From assembly GCF_000143415.4 (NCBI RefSeq), contig NW_003314303.1:1053322-1117321 (forward strand): a stretch of 64,000 nucleotides of DNA. Reading direction: 5' to 3'. A model generated the notes under the pieces. The model was not told the origin of the DNA. It did not search any database and saw nothing but the letters and a program-made list of their open reading frames with translations. The translations under genes were made by a program, and so were the position numbers. This stretch comes from Selaginella moellendorffii (lineage: Eukaryota > Plantae > Lycopodiophyta). Of the stretch, positions 48,841-60,522 are shown piece by piece (the first letter of the stretch is position 1; every line of letters begins with the position of its first letter).

Positions 48841-51800
48841 ATGGTAAGTCTTTTAGGCCAAGTAGAAAATGGCATGAGGCCACATGCCATTCAGTAGCAA
48901 CATTGGCATGCACCGATTGGGCTCTCGAGTGCAGTCCGGTTACAGATGGCGTGTAGCCTCACGCCATCTTAGGATGCAGCCTCAAGACATCTGATGCAGT
49001 GGTGAATGGCGTGTGGCCTCACGTTATTTCCAGCTGCTAGTTTTTCATCTGTCAGCTCTAATTGTTGTGCATTTCTGAACAGGCGAGGAATTGCGTTCTT
49101 CTTCCAGCCACTGTCAATGTGGATGTAGAGAAGGGGGAGGAGCTCACCAGTTGGACTTTCGGGATGGAAGGCGAGGATCTGAGGCTGTACAACACAGATG
49201 GTGGGAGAAAAGAATGCATGGGGATCCTCATCCAAGTGACAGACACTCCATGCAGTTCCATGCAAGAATATGGACTGGCACTTGTGGTAGAGACAGCGTT
49301 TGCCTTCAAGATCCACCTTGCACATCCTAGCGGCTTCCCGGAGGGGGGCAGCGGCTATGAGGAATTCCTAGAGGGAGCTAGAGAGAGGTTGTCCAGGAGG
49401 CCCACAATTTCAAAGACGTTGCGGGTCTATGAAGATCACATGGAATCCACGGACCTCACCTACGGCGATGTTCAAAAACTATATTTCAACATTGAGCCGT
49501 TGAGAGTGCCTCCAGTTCGCGAAGCGAAGGGGAAGGGGGTCGATCTGGAAACTACCCCGAAGCAGAAAAGGGTGGTCAAGCTCAAGCCGACGTCCGACTC
49601 TCCTCCAAAAAAGAAGCTACTCGGTGATGCCATTGCCTCGGGTTCGAACACTACACCCACCAAAAAGAAGAGCCGCAAAGAGCAGAAAGAGCAAGAAGAG
49701 GCAGCAAAAATCGTCGCAGATAATAGTACTTGTTACTATTCCAACAAAGTATATACAATCGACGTGAGCCGTATCGACATCCAAAGCAAATACAACCACA
49801 GGCTAGTATCTGATGAGTGGGTGGAGAAACTGAAGCAGAAGATGCTGGCAAGTTCAGTAACACCCGACATCGCAGACGTGATCCCCTACTACCGAACAAT
49901 GAAGGGCGAGACGAGGTTTCCAGACTTGATCAATAGGAAGGTGTTGGACGATCAGAACATCCGGTTCTATGCCGTCTCCGGGCAGCATTCTAGCTTGGCG
50001 ATGCAAGAGATAGTTGTGGATATTATGGTGGGCGAGGAGGTGAAGAAAGTCTTCAAGACAAGAGTTGTCCGCCTGATAAAAGGCAACTTGCCCCTCCGAT
50101 CTATCATATACATCTCCCACGCGCAGAATGTCAAGCAAGAAATGTGCTACAAATCGGGTCTGCACGAGACATTGGCACGAACACGGAAGCTCTAGGTTCA
50201 ACTAAAGAAGCCACAAAAACTAGGACAAGGACGTGCACTAGCAACTAGCGCCTAGCAGGTAAGCCTCGTTGCATGTGGCATAGCATGTGGCCTCACGCCA
50301 TTTCCATTGCAGGAATTCTCGAGTCTTCTCTCGAAAACACTGGGGGTCAATGACACACTCAGCATCCATAACATTCTACTCGCGACAAAAGTTGTTTTTG
50401 ACAAATGGGTAGATGTGTTGAGGAGGTACCATGACGGGGAGTTGCCAAACTCAATGGGTGTGGAGGACGGCCGGAAGCCCAATGATTTGAAGCTCAACGC
50501 CTTGCGTTTCTCGCGGTCTCTAGACGACGACGACCTTCTGACAGTGGCTAATGCTCTTCTACGTGGTGAGGTAGTCTTCAACAAGACCAAAATGACTCCC
50601 GGCCATATTGTGACATACGAGGACTTGTGCATGACTCTGAGAGCTCGTGCGCTATTGAAGGATTGGATCTTCGAGCAAGTGGCCGTGGAGAGGGTGAGCA
50701 TCGACACCATGCAAGAGATGATGGAAGCACTGGATTTGTCAAATGAAGACATCGACGAGTACATGAAGGGGGCCCCCAAGTTCATCGATCTACTGCGGGA
50801 TGCCACGAAAAGTAAAGCTGAGAAGTTGGATCAGTATCCAAATTTCATTAAGAGTGATGTCGACCGCCGGCTTCAGAAACAGCTCGACCCCACAGCAGAG
50901 GCCTATCGAGAACCTTACCGGGTATGCTTGAATTCGGATGAGGATCAAAGGTGGAGGAGCATCGTTTCCCGCGGAGATGAGCAGGTCAAGAACATCTTTT
51001 GTGTGATAGACTTCACAAACGAGGAGATCACTCATGCAGACGAAGTCAGCTCCATCATTAACTTAATGGTGGGACTTGCGGAGGTGGAATCTTCAGTCCA
51101 CTATATGATCTACGACTCCGAATCCTATCATAAGTTCTGGAAGGCCTTGAACGAGGTGAAGGCTCGGTTGAAAGGCAAGGAGATGCGGGAGATCCATGGG
51201 ATAATGGCTAAGAAGAAGATACCGATGAATGTCCGCATCTTCACACTCGCCCTTGTTATTAGTCCTGCAGCAGAGTGGGACTGGAGTGACTTCCCAGCTT
51301 CGTTCGACAAGGCCAATCGAATTGATCTGAGGGAGGTCAATTTACCCGTGCCTGAGGAACTGAAGACGGGTATGGAGCTTTCGAATCCAAAGAAAGCTCC
51401 AGGTGCAGCATGGGAAATGCTCAGCTGGGTCTTCAACGCAATAGCGGGTGGGTCACCTGCTTCCGACTCCAAGGGCAAATGCGTTGTCGAGTACAACTGC
51501 GGCGGACTATTTTTTCGAGCCGCACTACTTAAGGGTGTCCCGTGTGTTGCGGTGACAAACTCCATTGAAGAGGTGACTTCAATGGAGCATATAATTACAG
51601 TTGCCAAAGAAAAATAGTATCTTCTCTGCAAACCTGGTGAGTACGCACTTTAAGTTTAAATGTTATCTCACAAGCTCTGTATGCAGGAGCGTGGCCACCC
51701 CCAAATGCTGAAACGGCGTTAACAGCTACTGTTGAAGATACCCATGTTGGGCCGAGCTCACAACTTGCACAAGGTAAGGTCATGTGAGGCCTCACGCCAT

Positions 51801-54464
51801 TTTGATTATAGATCGTTGTGAATATTCAGACACGAGGACTGAAAAGCGCACTGGTGGTGCGTCGAAGAAGGACAAACAGACAAGCAATAGGAAAAAAGGA
51901 GGTACAAATTATATTTGCAATGGCATGTGGTCTCATGCCATTCCTTGCAGGAGACACTTCTTCAAAGGCAAAACAGGCAAGCACCAGCCAAGCTCAAACT
52001 GACAGTGGTCATAAAAAGGGAAAGCACGTTGGACAGTCGTCGGGATCAGAGGCGTTTGATTCGGAAAGGAAGAAGGGCAATGAAAAGATGATAAGTAATG
52101 CCTCGCGGTTATGGCGTGTGTGCTCATGCCATTCATTGCAGATCAAGGGCTAAGTGAAAGCAGGCAGTCACCACCTCCTGACTCAGATTCCTATGGCAGA
52201 CTCCCCTTCCCCAATCTCAATGGAGAGGTACAATGGATGAGGGATGCTTTTCAAGTCAGGGCCACGTTTTTCTCATCTCGTCGTCTTCAAAGGGTGCAAG
52301 AACGTGTAGAAACCATGTTAAGACAGTCAGGTGAGGATACGGTCCTAGGTCACGCACTAAAATAGGCTATGGATGTCTTGTATTTTGAGATGGAGACTCG
52401 GCCAGATGATTTTCCCAAGATGGTCCTGGAAGAACAAGCCATCTAGCCTGAGCAGCCTATGGAAGAAATGCAGGAGGGGGATGAGGAGCCAGAGAAAGAT
52501 AATGAGCAGGAAGAGCAGAAGGACGAAGAGGAGGACAAAGAAGAGGAGGACAAAGAAGAGGAGGACGAAGAGGACTTGGATGGTCCTCACAATGGTGACG
52601 ATCACAATAACGACGACGACGATGATGACGACGATGGCCAGCCTGAGGTGGCCAAAGAGCAGCAGAGGAAGGTCATACAAGACAAACCATCAGGTAAATA
52701 ATAGTACATCCATTCCTAACCTTTTACCATTTCTAACATTGTCCATGTAGGTCGTAGAGCAAATGGTAAGTAGAGATTATTCAGTTGAATTAAGATACAA
52801 ACTCTAGCCTTTAGTGTCGAGGAAGGATAGTGCCAAGCAAGGGTCGAAACATATGTCCAATCCTTCAGAATCAGCAGTACGCCCAAGTGATATCGGTCCT
52901 AGTTCCTCAATAGCAATTGATGGTAAATATAGTATAGTCAATTCAATGTGCTAATGAGTTTGTTTTTAGTAGCACGGGAGGATACCATCTCAATCGAAGG
53001 GAGATATTTGGACATGCATATGGATCCGCCAGTGGACTCTACTTGCCTGCAAGAGTCATCAGAGCTGGTGGAGGCTACTATCCATATCAATGCCAAGCAA
53101 GCTGACCACGCTCCACTTGATGCTGCCCATACCACTGAGTCAATCTTGTCCACGTATCCAACTAACAGTGACCAGGCGCCATTGGACCCGCATGAGGCCG
53201 CCCCAGCCGCCGAGCCGGTCGTATCCTCATTTCCAACGGACTCAACGTGTGCCCAATCGTCTGACTACGCGCCGTTGGAACCTCCCTACACCGCCCCTGC
53301 TGCCTGTTCGGTCATGTCCACTTTGCCAACGGAGGCACCAACTGAAATGGCGTGTGATCACACGCCATCAGAACCACCCCATGCCACTGTTGAGCCAGTT
53401 GTACCAGAGTCTACAGCTAAAATGGCATGTGCCCACACGCCATCGGATGCGATTGACCCCACATTGCAGAGGAGAGTATTTCCGCCCTTCACATTTCCTC
53501 GACCAAAACCCTCTCAACGACCATCAGGAGCACCATTCGCTAATATTGTAGATGGTAAAATTGACTTGTACCATTTTTTATGCTGACGCATTTCATTTCA
53601 GAGTCACGGCGAAGGTACTGTATCATTTTTGATCTGAACGGTGTCCTTTTCTCCCATGAGTGTGGCTCGTCCTCGAATGTCATTGCACCCTCCAAAGCCT
53701 GCGGTCGCAAGTTGGTCAAAAGAGATAGATTCACATTAATCACACGGGAGAAACTGCGGGATCTAATAATGACCATGCGACACTTAAAACAGAGGGCCGG
53801 GTTCAATTTGCAATTGGGAGTTTGGACATCCATGATGCGCCACAATGCATTAACGTTGCTACAGATGATGCACGATCAGACGCGAGTAATATTACCATTT
53901 GACTTTCTCCTAACGCAGGAGGATTGCTTGACTATGGTCCATGTGAGGGGTAGCAAGCCCATCTTCGTCAAGCCAGAGGCTGTAGTGATGAACCGGACTG
54001 CTAGCTCAAGTGAAATCCTCATCATCGATGACTCGCCGATTAAAACTGTAGCGAACACGCACATATATGCAGTGCACCCCATCTCTTGCAGTATGGAAAC
54101 TAGGGAGAAGAAACCGTATGTTCTGGGGGACCTTGCAAAACGGCTTGGAGCGATGGTGATAGAGAACCGGCCAGTCCAGGAGGTGGCTGTAGAAATCAAC
54201 CAAATGGCAGATGGAACGGTATATCATAAGCCATTTGATCGGACAGACACCAGTCATCATTTATGGCATGTATATTGTCTAGCCAAGCACTATCCGCATC
54301 TCCATAATCTGCTCAACCGGATGGGTTCTTCGACCACTGAACATGAGCGTGGACGTATTAGAGAAGAGATGGCATTACTATTGGGTTTAAATCCTGATAG
54401 TGTGGAGAGTGATGAAATTCCAAGATTATTGTATAGGCATTGGAGGCAAAAAATAACAGTCTGA
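48841..54464 (+). pseudogene. Multi-exon cargo gene: ParB/Srx-like domain + degenerate amino-MTase-like domain + acidic linker + FCP1-like HAD phosphatase
   Basis: ATG|gtaagt at 48841; introns 48844-49082, 50259-50312, 51637-51686 and further phase-1 introns link ORFs 49062, 50307, 51784, 51818, 52111, 52459, 52948 and 53580. Motifs RFYAVSGQHSSLAM; KGKCVVEYNCGG..AALLKGVPCVAV; IIFDLNGVL, GVWTS, ILIIDDSP. About 5 in-frame TAG stops; the junction near 52090 is ambiguous. Confidence 0.75.
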
Positions 54465-56149
54465 GATGGCATGTATTTATTTAAAAATGTAACTTATTAT
54501 GGCATGGGGTTCCATGCCATTGTATTAATATTAAAAGACAATTCTTTGAGAGGATTTGCATTATACTAAAAGTGTTACAGCATGTTATTGGAAGTCTACG
54601 AAGTTGTTTTATTAATAAGGGGAAAGTAAAGATTGAATGGGGACTTGGGCTCCACCTAGACTCGGAGCAACTGAGCCAATATTAAAAGGATGGAAAGAAA
54701 TTGGACGATGATGACAAGGAGAAGAGAGAGGTGAAGCAGTGGCAAGGGGAGGAGAAGTGATTGAGTAGACATTTCCTTGTTTAAAATAAAATGGCATGTG
54801 CCTCAATGCAGTTGAATTTTGTTATATTTATATACTATATAAAGGTTTGGAAACCTTATTTTACAAGTGGGATAATGATAATTCCCACTTTAACGAAATA
54901 GAGCTTCAAAGTACTCAAGATTTTTGTGATCTGTCCAGACCGTTATTTGATGGCTTGCCCCCTCCAAGAAACAATACCACTCTCCAAAGGAATCCACGAT
55001 GGCAAGGACTCCTTGTCATGGATTTCGTAGTTGATCTCCGCAAGCTGGAATTTCCGAGAATGGAAAGCGACCGGATGAAATTCTTAATCCGCTCCAAGTT
55101 GAGACAACACAGCACCAATGGCAAAGTCGGAGGCGTTCACCTTGATGAAGAAAGGTTGTGAGGGATTAGTGTGGATCAAGACGGGAGCAGAACTGAAGGC
55201 TGCCTTGAGTGTGTCGAAGGCCTACTGGGCAGCAGTAGACCAAGAGAAGGGAACATCCTTGCGAGTGAGATGCATGAGAGGAAGGACAATGTTGGAGTAG
55301 TGAGCAATGAATTTGTGGTAAAAGTTGGCAAAGCCAAGGAAAACCTGAACGTCCGACATTGATTGTGGAAGCTCCCATTCAAGAATAGTCTTGACTTTGG
55401 CAAGATCCATCATGATACCCTCAGGAGTGATAATGTACCTAAAGAACTCCACAAACTCATGATTGAAGGAACATTTCTCAAGCTTCGCATATAGGCCATG
55501 TTCCCGCAGCTTCACCAGCACCTTGCGCACATGCTCGTCATGCTCCTCATGAGTTTTTGAGTAGATGAGGATGTCATCGAGGTAGATGATCACCATCTGA
55601 TCAAGAAACTCTTGAAAAATGTCATTTGCCATATATTGGAAAACTGCTAGAGCATTTATCAAGCCAAACGGCATGACAGTGTACTCGAAGTGGCCATAGC
55701 GGATTTGGAACACAATTTTCCATTCATCTCTAGGCCGGATCTGGATCAAGTTGTATGCTCCATGGAGGTCAATCTTGGTGAAAAAGTGGGCACCGCCAAA
55801 GTGTTCCAATAGGTTTGAAATCAGGAGCAACGGATAACAGTTCCGAACAATCACCTTATTCAAACCTTGGTAGTCGATAACTAACTGCAAACTCCCATCC
55901 TTCTTCTTGACAAAGAAGACAAGCGCTCCAACTGGGGATTGTGTGAATGATGAATGTACCCTGAGGCAAGGTTCTTGTCCACATACTCTTTGAGGGCTTT
56001 AAGCTCGGACAGGGATAATTCGTAGATAGGCCCCCACGGAGGTGATGCTCCTTCCTGTAAATCAATGGGACAGTCGTAAGGCTAATGAATAGGCAGTACA
56101 CTAGCTTTTTTCTTGTCAAACACATCCCCAAAATCATGATACTTCTCAG

Positions 56150-58721
56150 CCGTGTTACGAACATGGCCGGGATCCCGGTCGTGTTCACCGTGTTTCACGA
56201 ACACGGCCATGGGTCGTGTTCCCACGGCCGTGTTCGTGAACAGTGGTCCGTGTTACTAACACGGACCGTGATCCCGGCGACCACGGCCGGGATCACAGTC
56301 CGTGTTAGTAACATGGACCACTGTTCAGAATATTCTCGTGCAGAATATTCTGGTTTTAGGGCGCACGGCATCACACGACAATCCAGCCAGGGCGCACCAT
56401 TTCAGGGCACAGTAGCAGCAATCCAAGGCAAACAAGCATGGCGCAGCAATCCAGCATATTGTGAAAGCATCCTTCTTCGCGATGGTGGGATGAGGTAAGT
56501 GTTCTTGAGAGCAGGGGGCATGGCCACAAATTATGGTCATGCAAATACTGCCCAATGGTGAACAAACTGAGTGGTGTTGATCGTGTGCGAGCTCATCTAT
56601 TAGGAGAAGGCCCAGGCAGCAAGGATATTGTGAGTTGTCCTCTCATCCCAGGTAACAAGAAAGCGGATCTGCTCAATATGCAAAAGGTTATTGATTCCGA
56701 GAAAGGGGCAAGGGGGAAGAAACGGCCGAATGAATCTGGTGGTGCTTCTGTCCAAGGATTTCCACTGGTGGTATCATCCCAGTCAAGTGGAAGTGGCTGC
56801 AGTTCCCTATTTTTTAGCAAACAGAGTCAAGTCCATATTGTTGATTCGATGGATCCTGAGCGGAAGAACCGAGTTGATGTGGCTATCGGAAGATTTTTCT
56901 GGAATGAACACATTCCATTTGTCAAGGCTCGGTCACCTTACTTCCTCAACATGATACAGGAAGTTGCCAGGCATGGTGTGCCTTATGCACCACCAAAATA
57001 TGATGATCTCCGGGATAAGCTTTTGGTGAAAGAGAAACGATTCATTGACATTGAGATGGCGTCCTTGAGGAAGCAGTGGGAGCAGAGGGGTGCAACCATA
57101 TGCGCAGACGGGTGGGCAGATAGGAGGAATCGGCATATCATGGGGCTTGTGGCATATAGTCAAGGACAAGGAGCTTTTTTGAAGGCTATCGACATTTCCT
57201 TAAGAGGAAAAACAGCTGAAAATACTCTGCGCTGCTGGGAAGAAGGCATTAACATTGTAGGTGCAGAGAATGTTATCATGGTTGTGACCGATGGGGAAAA
57301 TGCAAACAGAGCAGCAGCAGCACTTTTGCAACAGAGGTACCCGAAAATTCAATGGGCAGCATGTTTTGCCCATTGCTTGAACAATGCCTTGAAAGACTTC
57401 GGTGTACTTCCATGGATGGCAACACTTCTGGAGCGTGGAAAGTCTTTGGTGATCTTCGTTAGAAACCACTCTCATATAGTGGCACTGCTGGCGGAGTTTA
57501 CTCACAAGCGATTGCTGCGTTATTGTGATACCAGGTTTGGCTACAACTTCATTATGATGGAGAGGCTGGTGGAGCTCTGAGAAGCTTTACAACAGATGTT
57601 CGTATGCCCTGCGTATAGAGCAAGGCCTGAGTCGAAGTCGAGAGCAGGAAGGGACAGTTATGCAACGGTTTTTGATGACAATTTCTGGCAACAGGTTAAG
57701 GACATGCTAGAGGTGTCCAAGGATGTTATGCTGCTTCTTCATGTTGTGGACGGTGATATACCTGCGATTGGAAAGATATATGAGTGCATGAACAGGTTGG
57801 ATGCAAGTTTAGAGGAAGGACAGTCGGATTATGGCAGGTACAGGGAACTTCATCAGATCATGTCTAATAGGTGGCATGAGTATCACTCACTCATGCACTC
57901 GGTGGCGTACATGTTGGACCCCGAGTTTCAGGAGTATGAAAAACATGCTAACAAAGAGGTCATGAAGGACTGGAATGCTTATCTGCTAGCCATGTTTACA
58001 TCCAGTGAGAGGGATGTGATACGTGATGAGCTTTTAACTTACCGGAGGATAGGAGGCATTTTCAACTCATATGATGCTAAGGCTGATCGCACTAAGAGGG
58101 GAGCTGTACGTTGGTGGGAGGACTATGGTTATGAAACTCTAGCTCTTCAGAAGTTGGCCATTCGAGTTCTAAGTCGGGCATGCTCATCGTCCTCGGTGGA
58201 GAGATTGTTCAGTACTTTCGAGCATGTTTCTTCAAAAAAGAGGAACAGACTTACCATGGACAGGACAGCGGATCTGGTTTTTGTGGCTTGTAACACCAGG
58301 TTGTTAACTTGCAAAAATGATCGTGATTACGACAAGTTTGTAAGCTACAAAGTCCTGGAGACAGTTCCTCATCCTGAAGACAAGCTTGAGTCAGGACAGG
58401 AAGAGGAAGATGGAGATGATGTCGAAGATCGTGAGGTCGAAGATCATGAGGTTCAAGATGACGATGAGATGTAGGATATTTGAGTAGTTTAAAAGTGTGA
58501 AGTAGTTTATGTGCAAATAAAAATATTAAGAATAATATAATAAAATATAGCATATTCCTATAATAATATAATAAGAAATAGAATATAATTTTTAAATAAC
58601 ATATTCTTAGAATATTCAGTAGAATATTCGTGAGCCATCGTGGGCCGTGATCGTGTTCCGTGTTCGGGTTCCTGAAATCTGAGGCTCGTGTTCGTGTTCC
58701 GTGTTCATATTCGTAACTATG
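56150..58721 (+). mobile_element. hAT DNA transposon, youngest copy C, inserted in chromovirus pol
   Basis: Perfect 8-bp TSD cttctcag (56142-49, 58722-29); imperfect 16-bp TIR ccgtgttacgaacatg / catagttacgaatatg; subterminal ccgtgtt motifs. Removal restores host ISLPEKYHDFGDVF. Confidence 0.96.
56438..58474 (+). pseudogene. hAT transposase (BED finger, DUF659-type core, dimerisation domain) with two in-frame TGA stops
   Basis: CKYC..RAHLL, TICADGW, VVTDG, CFAHCLN, WWEDYG..SSSSVERLFS; stops at ~56462 and 57578. Confidence 0.92.
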
Positions 58722-59897
58722 CTTCTCAGGAAGACTAATAGGAGAAATATGCACAGCAAAAAGGTAAACAAATTCTTTGTGAAGGAGTTCTTTCATAGTG
58801 ATTGTGGAGATAGGAGAGGGCGTACGACTGAATAGAATGATGAGACGAGGATACTGTCCAATGTAAGATGGAAGAGAGGGGAAAGAAGAGGGTGAAAACT
58901 TCGTAAAGTCAGGAATAAAACCCTAATTTGAGTTTAGGGAACTTTTCCTGATTCAGACTCGATGAACAGTAGCGGAAGACATGGGAGATAGTGACGTGGG
59001 AGAGACAAGCTATAATTCCTTCCAACAAATCTGAGGCTAGTACAGTTGGAACCAAGGAAGGCTGAGCACCATAAAGGAGGACTTGCTATTGATGATGTTG
59101 AAGGCGATATCAGTGATGGTGGACCCAATGTGTACTCAAACGAGCAACGTTTCCCTAATTCCAGAAGATGGAGACACAAAATGCCTGCCAATGCCTTCAA
59201 CCCTCATATCCTATATGGTAGGAGAAAGAGGAACGTGATATCGGGCACCAAAATCCTTGTCCATGAAGCAGGAAGTTGCACCCAAGTCCAATAGCGCCAG
59301 AGCCTTGAGTCCTGATTGTCCAGTGAAAGGAAGCAGACATGGGATGCGAAATTTTTGGGAATTGGTGGTGGCTTTGATGAAAGGTGGTGAGGAGCTTGAT
59401 AAAGAAGAAAAGTGATTTTTATGTGGGGAGTCCAAATAAACAGCCCTACTCTGTTTGGACAGGGCCATTTCCCGACTGCAACAGAGGTGGATCTTCAGGC
59501 AGAGTGAACTCAAGCAGTTGGAGAGGCTTCTTGGGACACACAGCTACTTTGTGATTAAAATCAACATAGTAGAGGCAAAGATTATGAGATACTCAACGTT
59601 GCTTCTCAGTAGGACTCAACTTCCCTCTAATGAGTCCGGGAGTACCAAAGATATCCATCGAGACTGGAGCAGTAGGTTCAGGAGTATGCCTCAAAGACTC
59701 AAGCTGGGATTCCTGAGTTTGGGACGGGAAAACGGCGGCGCGGCGACTTTCATGACGACGTTCAAAGAGACGATTGTCGCATCGAATAGCTTTGTTGATG
59801 GTGTTCGATAGGTCCATGGGATCCTCCATGGTGAGCAACAAATCCTTGACATCGTTGTTGAGGCCGAAACAAAATTGATCAATCAGGGCCCGCTCAT

Positions 59898-60522
59898 TGT
59901 AGCGCACCTTATCTCTCCCCCCTTAAGCCAACTGGAAAAGGGGCAATTGCTTGATGAGAGAGCCCTTAGTGGCTATTTTATCCCCATTTATCCCCCAAGG
60001 TTCCAAGGATCCACGGTGACAGTATATCCAAATCTCATCCCATGATCACATGCACTACACTCACCCCCCCTTCAAAGATGTCAATGTCCTCATTGACTAT
60101 TGACTAACAACCCCTACTGAGCCAAGGGGAACCAGCACCTCCATTTCCGCACTTAATCTACCAATCCTTCCATTGTGTAGACCAGCTATTCCATGTGAGG
60201 CAACTAGTCATCCACCCGTACCGCAGTCCCACGGTGGATGCCCAATATGTACGATTTCAAATTTAGGGGTAGGAATATACCTTGCTCAAGGGTATATTAT
60301 ACTTTTAAGTAGCCACTAATCAATGAGAATCGAACCCGTGCCATTTGCTCCGATACCAACTGTAGCGCACCTTATCTCTCTCCCCTTAAGCCAACTGAAA
60401 AAGGGGCAATTGCTTGATGAGAGAGCCCTTAGTGGCTATTTTATCCCCATTTATCCCCTAAGGTTCCAAGGATCCACGGTGACAGTATATCCAAATCTCA
60501 TCCCATGATAACATGCGCTACA
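59898..60522 (-). mobile_element. TRIM (second family), complete, inserted in chromovirus gag
   Basis: 162-bp LTRs at 59898-60059 and 60361-60522 (tgtagcgca...tgcgctaca), PBS tggtatcggagc and PPT gaagggggggtgag on the minus strand, perfect TSD ctcat. Confidence 0.93.

Larger units (their letters stand above)
42661..54812. repeat. Dispersed 22-bp palindrome ATGGCRTGWGGCCWCAYGCCAT, ~23 copies
   Basis: Copies near 42661, 42976, 43065, 44480, 44537, 46374, 46444, 46542, 47154, 47229, 48085, 48165, 48869, 48946, 49006, 50280, 51779, 51920, 52111, 53347, 53422, 54499, 54791 (some degenerate). Confidence 0.9.
42435..54906. mobile_element. 12,472-bp cut-and-paste DNA transposon, Sola-like, with cargo gene
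   Basis: TIR aagctctatttcgtgaaagtgggatttat vs reverse complement of the right end aagctctatttcgttaaagtgggaattat (27/29). 4-bp TSD caaa at 42431-34 and 54907-10. Removal restores host aagtggcaaagtactc as seen at ~63853-63868. Confidence 0.93.
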
